DNA of 64,000 bases from Diadema antillarum (lineage: Eukaryota), in assembly GCF_040938485.1 (NCBI RefSeq), contig NW_027270922.1, positions 2,542,001 to 2,606,000 on the forward strand. The letters run 5' to 3'. The position numbers and the translations under genes are program-made. Below are positions 27,278-39,000 of this stretch, one piece after another. Position 1 is the first letter of the stretch; each line of letters opens with the position of its first letter. The notes under the pieces are model-generated. The model worked only from the letters and a program-made list of their open reading frames with translations, ran no database searches and was not told the DNA's origin.

Positions 27278-28088
27278 TCTATACCTCAGAGCAAAAATGG
27301 TATTTGGCAATATTAAAGAGAAAAAAAGATTATTTATACATTCAAAATTGAATGCAAAATGATAGATACTCTCCCGAATGTCGATTATACGACCATCCTA
27401 TTCACACGGTGAACGGAAGTTCATCCTTTGTTTTAACATGATTGATAAATTCCATAAATTGTTACGTCGGGCAAGCGTATGCATTATGTTTTGTAAACGA
27501 GTGAATGGCCAAATCAGCTGAGGGAAGAAAAAAGAGAAAGATCATCATTTTGTACCTCAGTGCACACAAGCTGACTCCAAAATTACTTATTCAGATGTTT
27601 TCATAGCTCTTCCTCTTTTTTTTTTCACAGTCAAATCTAGAACAATACAATGTGAAGAATATAATTTCTCCCTTCTTGAAATTACCGGGCATGTCAAGGA
27701 GGGAAAGTCAGCAAAGATTTAAGATCGAATGACTGTGACCTGTGAGGGTATTATCATCACTTTGCAAAATTTGTGTATGCAACTGTGATTGATATCACTG
27801 TTCTGAGAAAGTATATTTAAAACTTTGTTTTCCACGATGCGCTCATACAGCTGTACAATTTAATGAAATATTCACTGTGTTTATCAAAGTTAAATTGGGC
27901 TTTATAATACAGCAGTCGTTCCTTTACAGCATCGGCATCGTCAAGGTATTTAGACAGGCAACTAACGGCCACATACACAAGTGAACAAGTACACACTGAA
28001 AAAAAAGAGGGAACTTTACCTTAGATAGGTCCTATACTTACATAAAGCAAAGGCCACCATACAGTATAAAAAATCACTTAAATTCAGC

Positions 28089-29273
28089 CTAATTTGTCTT
28101 GTTAGTTAATTTCAGCAGTTTTTTCAAGGTCGGTGAGGGTTTGGGGATGTCAGAGTAGCGACAGCATAGCAAGCAACGAATGACGACTTTGAATAAAGGG
28201 TGCTTGAAGGAATAGATGATGGGATTTATGCATGCATTGGACATGAGAGGTAAGCCAGTAAAAATGGAGAAAGGACTACCTTTAGGCAGGGCCAGACTGA
28301 CACAGTATGGTGCGAGACAAAGGAAGAAGGAACAAATAACTACAAAAAGATTTTTGGTGATCTCCACCTCTCGCCTGTTGACGGCCGTTTTCATGCCTGT
28401 CGGCCTCCGTGGTTCATTGACTTTGTTGTTCACGTTGGCGGAAGTCGAGAGGTACGACGGCGTGGTCGGCTGAGTGTCCGTGTTGTCGAAACTTGTGAAA
28501 TCGTTTTCTACCGGGATCTCGTTGCCATCTTGCTGTCCTCTTCGCGCAAGCATCTTTTGGTGGTGATCGCGGACAAATCTGTAAATTCGCACGTAGCAGA
28601 CGATGATGATGACAAAGGATAAGCCGAATGTCAAGGCAACTACGTAGTCATTTACCTCACCCTTAGGATGGTCTTCGTCCCACGCGCAGATTCTGTACGA
28701 TTTCGAGTAGCCTAGTTGGCCGATCCCGGCGATGGGGAGAATGGCGAACATAACGAATGGGTACAGATAAGCAGCAGACACCATGAGCGCCAGATTGCGG
28801 ACTTTATAGAAGCGCTGGCAAGACTTCCGTGGTCGTGTGATGACGCAGAAACGGTTGACGGCGATGAGAACGAGGAGGAGAACGCTGGCGCCGAAACAGA
28901 TACTCGTGATGCCACCGATAGCTGCGCAGAGCCAATCGTCTAAAGGCCAGCCGTCGGCCGATACCAACGCCACCGTTTGGAATGGCAGCGTCAGACAAAC
29001 CAGGAGGTCGGTAATGCTGAGGGCGATTACGAACACGTTCGTGGCTGTGCGTAGTTTCCGTGAGAACAAGACGGCGAGGACGACTACCGAATTTCCAACT
29101 ATCCCGATCACGGCAATAATGTTGAGAAATACGCTCATGATAATGGCGGCCGTGTCGGAAACGAAATCTTCGTTTGTGCTGTTGTTGGATAATGGCTCAA
29201 CAGTTACCATTGAATCGGTTTGAGTTAGCAAGGTTAACACCACAGAACTATTCATTCTCTCAGGAATCTCCAT
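28089..29273 (-). CDS. Class A (rhodopsin-like) orphan GPCR, paralog A, single-exon CDS, 394 aa; melatonin-receptor-like/GPR84-like group
   Basis: Seven hydrophobic segments. Motifs: GN (TM1), LSITD (TM2), C3.25 plus ECL2 Cys (LCAA/RICAW), NRF at the DRY position, FFLCLAPY (TM6), NPIIY (TM7), C-tail KHPLFK..C..CRYSDIPKPS. The ORF track starts at a GTG (29291); the first ATG is at 29273, 2 nt after an acceptor-like CAG. Confidence 0.93.
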   Translation of the reverse strand: MEIPERMNSSVVLTLLTQTDSMVTVEPLSNNSTNEDFVSDTAAIIMSVFLNIIAVIGIVGNSVVVLAVLFSRKLRTATNVFVIALSITDLLVCLTLPFQTVALVSADGWPLDDWLCAAIGGITSICFGASVLLLVLIAVNRFCVITRPRKSCQRFYKVRNLALMVSAAYLYPFVMFAILPIAGIGQLGYSKSYRICAWDEDHPKGEVNDYVVALTFGLSFVIIIVCYVRIYRFVRDHHQKMLARRGQQDGNEIPVENDFTSFDNTDTQPTTPSYLSTSANVNNKVNEPRRPTGMKTAVNRREVEITKNLFVVICSFFLCLAPYCVSLALPKGSPFSIFTGLPLMSNACINPIIYSFKHPLFKVVIRCLLCCRYSDIPKPSPTLKKLLKLTNKTN

Positions 29274-29275
29274 AT

Positions 29276-29300
29276 CTGTGAGGGACTTCACAAAATTAGA
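29276..29300 (-). promoter_or_regulatory. Candidate 3' splice acceptor just upstream of the GPCR-A ATG
   Basis: Minus strand reads ttctaattttgtgaagtccctcacAG|atATG, with a CTAAT branch-like motif and a CAG. Confidence 0.5.
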
Positions 29301-31721
29301 ACCACAAAAAAGTTGCTATATACGAATGTTTTCTCTCAAATGCACAGATTACATGAGTGAAGGGTTGACAATAAGGCTTTCCGTTTTCACTCAAATCTGA
29401 TAATCAAAGCAATTGTTATCAAGGCATGATAGGCGACCCTGTCACGTGTAGGCTGTGAGAGCGGTGGATGAACGAAACGTCTGTAGAAGACCTCTAGCCT
29501 CTTTGGACAGCAGGTACACGTTCAGTTAGAAATTTAAATTCCTCAATGATATTCACAATGGATTAGAATCGAAACTGGGTAGTTTTAGACTAGAGGCGTC
29601 CCTGTGGTGACTTTCCTTCCTTTCACTGAGTGGGCCATGAAAAAACAAACAAACCATATGCATTCCTTGTTCAAACATGACTATAGTCCGTGTTTCAAGA
29701 AGAGCGGCCATCCAGTACGTGCACTGACATATGATATTGGTCTTTTGAAGAAACTACACTAAATATACGTGCTTACCCGCTGTTGTAATCCAATTCGTTA
29801 TGATGTAGACAACATGAGGGTCGACTTCTGTGTTCAAAATCTGCTATGGTAAGTTGCCATGTAGGTACCGCGAGTAATATGACAGGAAGGACATCGAGTT
29901 TCGGGCTAACGGTGCTCTATAGTTATGATATCACACCCTGCGTCCTGCCCTATGCAAAACCTCAGTGTAGTAGCTTCCTTCCGGGCACGCAACTTGATCT
30001 AAAACAAAAACACCAAACAGGAACACCAGGCACAAAGTAGGGTCACTTCACATCCAACTCAATTCCGAAAGAACTTAAGTTTTTGTCAGCGCGTCAGTAA
30101 TGTTATAATATGTTGTTCGAGCGTGTGGCAAAAAAAAAGTCCGAAACTCGATCACCTTTCAACAGGATAGTTCAGCTCTCCTTGAACTTCGGAGGAGGGC
30201 GAAATTTGATGCCTTGCCCACAGTCTCCATGGTGAAGGTCGAACTGGAGCTCACAGTCAGCATAAGTCCAGATCAACAATGTATGTGAACTCTATAACTA
30301 CGTGAAAGAGGCAGTGGTCTATATACTTAGTAACGACTCACAAGGGAAGAAAAAAACGTATTTCGTTGCAAAGTATTCCCCTTCTGCCATGAAATCAGTC
30401 GCTGTTAAGCTCTATGCAGAAGCACAGAGATTAATTTTGTCGGTGGTTGTTGTCCCACCTCCGCTGCCAATTTGTCGTCCTCAGGGCACTGGCTGACTCG
30501 AGGATTTGGTTTGCTGCTGACAGAACGGCGTAAATTATGGAAGCACCTCGGTCTCTGCCGAAGATAGCTTCTTCACACTGCAGTACGAGGTGGCAGCGCG
30601 CGCACGCTCCCTCTCCTCTCGGTGACACTAGCTGGTCATATACGACTCCTGTATAATACACTTTCCATTTAACATCCCCGCTGCAAAACTCCTTTAACGA
30701 TTTCCTTCACAGACTTTGCCCTCTATTGATTGCCACAGATAGACGCCGGCTGCGCGGAGAACAGATTCACAGGCTTTGCCTTCTGATTTTGTTGTTTTTG
30801 CTGCCCTTTCTTTCTCTTACATGACCTAAGATGCAACATAAGGGAGATGGAAAGATATCTCTTTACATCCACCTCCCTGTAGAATGGTATAGTACTAAAC
30901 CGAGATTATAAATTTGCCGAAACAAAGCGAAAGCGCGATAAAAAGGAATACGAACATACGTTACATTGTTGTGACTTCTTGGCTCCATTGTCATTACCTC
31001 CAAGGAAAAAAAAACAGTTTTTCTTTTTTTTTAGAAGCAACATTTCCGACAGCACCACTTAATGTCCTCACCACCACACAATGGAGAACAATGTGAAACT
31101 CGGAGATGGCATTGTGCTCGGTAATAATGATTCTCTTACAGACATGTCAATCTCTCCCTTTCGATCTAGATCTTTCTTCGCCTCTTCTATCTCTTTCTTT
31201 CATTCTTCTATCTTTTTTCTCTTTGTCTCTCTCTTTTTATATGTTTGATTGCAAGATGGGCTTAGAACCTTTCTTAACATTATAAAGTAAGTCCATCATC
31301 ATTTGATAGAGCAAATCAAAGCCCAGTGATACCTCACGTGTAACATACCAAATAATTTTCTTAAACTTATGATTAATCTATCACATTTGTAAGGTTATTG
31401 TCTTTGTTTTTAGCAGATTTAATCACAAATATCTCAACTTAACGAGAATAGTGTGAAACCTTCATAACTATACATGTTAAGGAGTAGAAAGGGGAAAAAT
31501 CTTTGAGTATCTTATGTCCGATTCTTCTTATTGGGCAATCAACGGGTTAACACAAAGTGTCACTAATCACAGTTGTGGAAAAAAAATACTCACAGAAATG
31601 ATATTTAAACAATTTATATGTTCATAGCCAATGGAGCAAGACATGATGATACGCACACTGATAGGCAGCCTGCTTTCTGTAATGATATGCGGGAGTGTTT
31701 CTATAGTGACACAATGATATT

Positions 31722-31918
31722 CAGGGGCCGCGGAAAGGGGTTGCTGCTGTAGCTCCCACACATTTGGAAACAAAGAAAGGGAAAAATTGAAAAAGTCGAG
31801 AACCCTTGACTTTCAAGATTCCTACACCCGAGACTCTTCTCTAGTAGGGAGGGGTGGGGATGATCCTTACCCCCCCCCCCCCCCCCTTCCCACACAAACA
31901 AACGTTCCGCGGATTATG
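31722..31918. mobile_element. Short hAT-like MITE
   Basis: Ends caggggccgcggaa...ttccgcggattatg (right end degraded), with an internal poly-C tract. Confidence 0.5.
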
Positions 31919-33942
31919 ATATTATTGCGTTGGGTTATTGTATGGACTAAATATCTCAGTTAAAATCGCTACTGCTGATTTTAACACTAGGGTAATATTT
32001 TATAAATCTCAGAGAGCATTCCTCTCTAGACTGATCTGCAGTGGATACCAGTACGCCAGAGAATGTCACATTAAAGTCCGTTGAACGAATATAGGTCAAG
32101 ACCCGAGTTACATCACTGAAATGCCAACGCTCATTGTACGACCATACCCGCAAACTTCGTAGCTTCCCAGAGAGATTTCTTACTGCAAAACACACTCTGA
32201 GAGCTTACATCAAATAACGGCCATGAAAGGCGCTACAAACTATTGTAAAGTATACATGAAATACAATACCGCTAGGCAAACACAATCAAAGGCGCCGGCG
32301 CCTCTGTTCAATAAAATACTGTATTCATAATTAATAACAGCAAGAACCTGATACGAGCGCTGCAGTACTGAATGAAAGCGTAATTGTTTATACGCTTTAA
32401 AATTGTTATTCTAACGTGAATTTTTGTTCTCACGTGACTGGAAAACACATTCAAAACAAACAAACAAACAAAGACAAACGACCTGGACGATATATAATTA
32501 TTCTTAAGCATGTGACCTATACAACATTCGTAATTATGGAAATTAATCATGTCTGAGATGATTACATATTAAGATTTTGAGTTACGTAACAGTGCGGAAG
32601 GTGATAACATCTAAAAACATAGCAAGAAAAGCGACGATTGAAGCTGTCCATGTAATTTACATGTCTAATTGCCCCACATCTGTTTAGATTATAGATGAGA
32701 GTTTAAATGACACCATAATAATTCATTCGGGGAAAACGTGTTCGACGAATGGGGGACAATGCGGGTGGGTATATTCATTAAATCTTCACTGTAGGTACCA
32801 TCAGTAATTAAGCAAGTCAACATTGTCTGGCATCAGCTGAATGCGGGTCCGGGTCAGAGTGGCGGTAGTCTTAATTGTGATTTCGAGCGGGAAAGATTCA
32901 GTTATTTATAATTACCTTCCTACTATCGCATAGGCCTGCATACCCTTTGCACAGGTACCTCCCCCCCCTCCCTCCCCCCTCTTCGATCTCATGTGTCTTC
33001 CCTTTTCTTCTGATCATCTCGTCATTCTGCAGTTTGATTGGTTCTGTCTAGGTACCATAGTTCGGGTTTGGTTTTATTATTTTCATTCATTAATAGTTTT
33101 ATGGATTCTTAAGAACCACAAAACTTTTGTACGCGGAAAACTATTAGAATGATGAACATCTTAACTTCCCCCATGATCACAAAGATCCTGAACCAGACGA
33201 AGAAGATAGTGCTCGAAATGTAGCCATGCGTTCTACCCCAAAGGCAGTATTCCCTGACAATGAATTGGCGGTACAAATGTGATACATAATAACAATATTA
33301 GTAAATTGTCAATGATATTGAGTCTTCAAGTTAAAGTTCATATTTGTTTCTTTTTCTCCATCTTGTAGGTACTAATAATCAAGAAGGCAGGATGCATTAT
33401 ATTTTTGATGAGGATTAAAAGAAATAAAACATTTTAGTGATACTGAAATGATTTGGGGGACGGAGAAGAGGGGTCCCAATAAAAAGCGGAGCTTGAAGAT
33501 TGTGGATCCCGCCAATATTACAATTTAATCTTTATACATGCAAGAAAAAAAACAACGAGGTCACCATATCACGATGAATGAAAGATGAATAGAGTACATA
33601 AATCCAACAGAGACAAACATGTAAAAAGCGCTTGCTACATGATATGACAGTGACATAACGTAAACATGAAAAGTCTATACTTGATTTTTAAACGTTCGCT
33701 CGAAGATGTGCAGTGGGAATAAAAGCTTCGATTTGGCCATTTTTTTGCTATCGTCGAGATCCGTCAAAAATGTTGACTCAGAGAAATTAACTGTCACTGT
33801 AAACTAGACATGGTAAAACTGTTGAAAAGCGTAGAGGGTTAAGTGACAGAGAGAATCAAACGAAAGGAAGGAGAGCGTTAAAAGGGAATTTAAGAAAGGG
33901 GGTGGAGAGGAATAGAGCAAGAAAAAGTTATTAGATTTATAT

Positions 33943-34314
33943 TTAAAGGTCCTGTTTACCTTTAGGATCAGTGATTACAAAATTTTCAAGATATGACATT
34001 TAATGTATAATTTATGTGTAGGTCTGCTGTACCAAAACACATCCCATCATTATACAATTTTCGGGAGAAAGCCTAAAATATAAGGAGGAATCTGTATTTT
34101 TCACAATTAACAGTGACTGTAGACGGTTTTGTCTGGAAACACTTTTATCATAACTTTTGTTCACATTTTGTATATTTAACAATACTGAACGTCGATTTTA
34201 CCGATTCAAATTTTTGCAGTGGTTGTTTCTATCCCTAACTCACATTTTAGAACTATTTTAAAGCACTAATGCTGAGTTTTTGTTTCATCTGCAAATAGTA
34301 AATTATGCCGTTAA
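33943..34314 (+). mobile_element. TTAA-flanked Kolobok-like element, copy 1
   Basis: ttaaaggtcctgtttacc...gtaaattatgccgttaa; homologous to the inverted copy at 54172-54562. Confidence 0.75.
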
Positions 34315-34453
34315 TATATTTACACATTTGTGATTTCAATAATCCTCGTGCCAGTAACTTCCATCTTGCATTTGACTTTACCAACAACTTTCACCATTAG
34401 TGAATAAAACAACAAAGTGAATAAAAAACTAGTGACTCTCCTAGAACTGATGT

Positions 34454-35024
34454 TTAAAGTACAAGTCCATCTTCAAATACATGTGGATTGAGTGAAAGTA
34501 ATAATGAAATTATTAGTAGAACACATCAGTAAAAGTTTGGGAAAAATCGGACAATCCGTTCAAAAGTTATGCATTTTTATAATATCTGCGCAGTCACTGC
34601 TGGATGAGAAGACTACTGCAGTGTATGATGTCACATGCGTACAACAATATAAGGGAAATAAAAAGAGAATTCACAAAACTTCACTTTTTGAATAAAGTGC
34701 ACGTGTTTTCGACTTGAAACTGTTGTATGTTACGGGTAATATTTTCCCCCTGCCTTCTGAAAGAGAGAAGTCAAGTGTTCTTTTGTTATGCGAGAAAATG
34801 GAAATATGTTGAATTTTCTTTATTCTTTCTTTAAATCGTTGTACACATGTGACATCACAAGCTATAGCAGTCTTCTCATCCAGCCGTGACTGAGCAATTT
34901 CAAAAATTCACAACTTTTGAACGGATTGGCTGATTTTCCTCAAACTCTCATTGACTGATGTGTTCTGCAAATATTGCTGCATTCACTCAAGCCACACGTC
35001 GGTGAAGGTGAACTTGTCTATTAA
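34454..35024. mobile_element. TTAA-flanked Kolobok-like element with long TIRs
   Basis: ttaaagtacaagtccatcttc...gaaggtgaacttgtctattaa, with an internal inverted pair gtcactgctggatgagaagactactgc / gcagtcttctcatccagccgtgac. Confidence 0.8.
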
Positions 35025-35447
35025 GACAAACTCAGGTTAGTCGAGAGAGGGCGCCATACCGCTTACTACAGCACTTCTGTTGCGCAGGTAAACACACAGG
35101 AAGTGAAAGTCGACGTTAAAAACATTTCAAGTGCCATGAGTTTATATCAATAGCTCATAGGAACAGCTTTTCATTCATCTGCCCTGATATCCCAGTTTAT
35201 TCTAAAAAACATGGCATACTGATTTGTTTCCGCCTAAGTTGATAATGTCAAGAATATTTATCAGAACGAACAGAGCAAGCAGTCTCTATCTCATTGCAAC
35301 TGATTGATGAATAACATCGTCTTACATCGATGTCAATTAGTTGCAATAAAAAAAAGACACCTTGAAGCGGGAATTTCATCAGACTCTATTTTGTTTCTCG
35401 CATGAATTTTCGTCTACTTGGTGCTCACCCTTAACTCTTGCAAATAT

Positions 35448-35451
<4 letters not shown>

Positions 35452-35529
<78 letters not shown>
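35452..35529. repeat. (TA)n microsatellite fused to poly-T
   Basis: Direct inspection. Other (TA)n tracts occur near 16520, 20605, 23530, 52675, 55930 and 61575. Confidence 0.95.
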
Positions 35530-35589
35530 GCAAGCATCACCCGCCGCCACAGCTTCTCAAGACATAGGCCGAGCCTGTTAATAGTCTAA

Positions 35590-35743
35590 AGCCCGCCGCA
35601 CACTATACGACTCACGACTATACGAGTGACGGACTTTGGATCCAAAATATAGCACAATAGCCTCAGAATGAACACGCTTGTTTATTTCAGATCCAAAGTC
35701 TGTCAGTCGAGTAGTCTTGAGTCGTACAGTGTGCGGCGTGCTT
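35590..35743. mobile_element. Small palindromic MITE (Tourist/Harbinger-like), ~54-bp TIRs
   Basis: agcccgccgcacactatacgactcacgact...ggactttggatc versus gatccaaagtctg...gagtcgtacagtgtgcggcgtgctt. Confidence 0.75.
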
Positions 35744-35769
35744 GCAGCGGCGTGCTTGCAGCGGCGTGC

Positions 35770-36037
35770 TTAGGGAGATGTCGGGGACTCCGACACAACC
35801 TTTCACCAACATACAAGTCGGTGATCCGAAAAATTCCTCGACGTACAGACAATAAAGGCAGTAACATCGCCCATTCACCCTCCACGGGTGAATGCTCGCC
35901 AGCCAGACAGAGCTGAAGAAGTGACTCGGACGAGTCACGAAACTGTTTTCTCCGTGATTTTCACAAGTAAGTCCAGTCGAACAGATTTAATTTACACGCT
36001 TTTAGCATACTACCTGGATGAATCAAAATCTGCATCG
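35770..36037 (+). mobile_element. Penelope-like element (PLE) 3' fragment: endonuclease C-terminus, hammerhead and terminal-repeat end
   Basis: Frame reads LGRCRGLRHNLSPTYKSVIRKIPRR, matching from recall the PLE GIY-YIG C-terminal motif (LNRxGGLRHxLSPTY). It is followed by a hammerhead core and the PLE-like terminal text aagtccagtcg...tactacctggatgaatcaaaatctgcat. Confidence 0.75.
35909..35951 (+). ncRNA. Minimal type I hammerhead ribozyme motif (PLE-associated)
   Basis: agag-CTGAAGA-a-gtgactc(ggac)gagtcac-GAAA-ctg-TT-ttct. Perfect 7-bp stem II, 4-bp stem I, near-palindromic ACUGU stem III. Confidence 0.7.
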
Positions 36038-39000
36038 ATATAAAACTATAACCACTAAAGCATCCCTCAAGCAGAGTTTCAAAAAGTTGCAAGGAGATGA
36101 ATGTGCAGAGTGACGGAGAGGGCCTGAAACGTCTGATGGATAAAAACGGCGAGGCGCCACCACCGGCCATTAATGTCTAGTATTGAACCTGTCCAAATCA
36201 CAGAAGCAGAGTTCTGTGGTCCAAATCTACCATTCGACCTCTTAGAGATCACTCGGTTTTACGCACCCGTCAGTTGTCTTCCAAAAAGATGGGTATTATC
36301 TTATCTTTAGTCATTTAAATTCTCTTTGATAGGCTCGATCCTATGGTTTTCCTCGTTTCGCGTTTGTTGCCCCTCTAGTTCACACAGGTGTATGTCAGGA
36401 ATCGCACAAAAACAGATAACGTTTTAAAGATTAATTAAAATCACCTTCCTAGAGGTCTTTCATAATTCTACAAACTGAAATAAACAATGGCATATATCTC
36501 AAGTGAATGAAAATTTTCAAGAAAATGTAATGAAATACCAGTAAAGTTAAAATGATAACTTTATCATGAAAAAAAAAACTACAACACCAAACAAGTTTAT
36601 ATGCTTCTATGACTTCTTGGGTGTACATAATAGAAACGATACTATGATATAACGTGTGTTGAGTAATTCAGCACTCGCGCTGCATATTAGGTACTGCAAA
36701 CAATATCACATACGATCGAATTCGATCTGCGACCTGTTCGGGATTGTATTGATAACATGATCGACTGTCTGTTCTGACGAACGCCAGGTTATAGTAGGTC
36801 ATATTCTTTTGGGTACAAAATTATCCATATCAGAAGCAGATCCGGAAAGAGGATATGAATTGACCACGCTCTCAGGATGTGCAAGATTTTTAAGGCGTTT
36901 CGATTGTTGCAATTACACTTTCCATACATCAGACTTAAGCCCATGGGGAGAAAGAACTCATTCTAAACTTGTATATGATCTAGTTGTATAACGACAAATA
37001 CCGGTGTGTTTCCTATTCCAGGTCAGGCAGTATAGTCCCTTAATCTTTTAAATCTGATCCTTCCTGTCGACTTTCTCTCCACATTCCCCCTCTATATATT
37101 TCGCTCTCTTTCTCTATCCGTCTATGTGTTTGTCTCTCTTTCTTTTTATAGATATATGATATCTGAATATCTAAAATATGGGATATATCAGCAAATAGCA
37201 GCAAAGCTTCAGCATCATTTAATTACGGTTATGGCTACAATGTGTCTTCCAATAAGAAACGCATTAAACATTAGGAACCGGCTTACGTGTACTTACAAGC
37301 ATTGCTTTTAGTTAGTTCCTTCATATTTCATCCTTTCGTCATTACTTTGATTCCATCATTTAGCCTTTTAGACTCGCCTGATATTATTGCATGTAGTTTT
37401 GTAGTAATATTTTTTTTTTCATTTTTGCGTTCTGATATAACGATTTTTTATTTTTGTGCGTGTGTGTGTCCAGTGATATATATATTGTACGTGGTTATAG
37501 TGAAAAAATGTTAGAATGAATTTAATCAAATTCAATTCAATTTAATTCATATATGCTGATTTTCATCCAGGCTCCTTTGATCCACTTTTTGTTCTGTTGA
37601 CTTTTCCTGTGTTCCATCACCTATGAAATATTTCATGAAAATGCTCATTTGTTTTCTTTTATTCATTTTGTTCCATTGTTGTTGTGGACACTAGTTTTAT
37701 ACTATGTTCAGGTTATTGTGTTATGGACACTATCTTTGCATCGCGTTACAGTGCGATACAGAATAATGATAATTGGAAATGAAAATGACAAAAACGAAAC
37801 TACAACAGTTCCATTTTCATTTTGTCATCGTTATGATGGGATATTATGATCTATTCATCAAAGGCGAAAATTACCAACAGCTGGAGCTGAACAACTGACT
37901 TTTTATGGTTGGTTTGATTTTGCATGCACACCAACATAATTTGATGCATGAAGTACGAAGTAGCAAAGTAAATCAAGAAACGACTTTTAAAAGCCACTTC
38001 TGTTTTTATCCACTGAAAAAAATAAAAATAAAAGTTGATAAAATGCTCATCTCTATGTCGCTCCTTGTAATGCCACCTACATACTACATATTCATGTATA
38101 TATCACATATACATACACATACATTATAATAGTAACTGATACTTTTAACGAACACTCATTACTGTCGCTATACATTGTATGTATTGCTGTAAACGAAACA
38201 CTTTGCCCCTTGTCTGAAGTGCAGTTGTATTCAACGCGAAGTACCCTTGAAGCACTTTGTCTTGGAAGTTTCGATTCATATCATTAGGATCACGTGCATT
38301 CTTCTCAATCGACAACGTACAACACTTTGACAGTATACACTTTGACAGTATACATTGTACAACGATGGAACTATTGACGCGTTATACTGCATCCTCATCA
38401 GCAACATTGTTGCACCGAAACGTAGAGCACACTGGGCAGGTGTCTATGGGAAATGCATGTTGTAGCAAAATCAGTATGTCCTCAACGAGTTAAAGGGACT
38501 TATGTAATGGAAATACATTGTTACCTTGTGTCGATTCATAACGCCTCGATCATCACTAATGTACGCCAAAAAAAAAATATAGCTTAATAAGTGTCATTTA
38601 TGTTTATAATGATAACAATATTTCATTTAGTTTTCCTGAGATCACGCTCACACACACACATACACACACACTTACATACAAAAAGAAGAAAAATACCGTC
38701 CAGTTAAACTGTTAAAGGCTGGTTAACGTTTTATTTTCATACCCTCTCCATAGCTCATGCTCATAACCCACTAAAAGTCACAGATTAGGATTCTTTGTAA
38801 TGGGTCAACATTGCCAATCCAAAATTTTGTTTTTCTTACCTTGGGAAGTGATCTTTTCTTTATACCTATACTGGTAAACTTTAGTGGCATGATTTTCATT
38901 AAATACCTCTGCACAGCACGCCTGAGTGATCTTAATCTTAAAATCGGCTTATCTCCAATTGCTGTGAAACTGCACCTCATAACTTTCTCTTATTTCAATC

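Noticed and set aside
28837-29223. Plus-strand 128-aa ORF, its counterpart 42820-43251, and other overlapping short ORFs
   Set aside because: Antisense shadows of the GPCR codons; their similarity follows from GPCR homology.
38370-38401. Minus-strand CTGATGA followed by a gatgc/gcgtc stem
   Set aside because: No GAAA after stem II.
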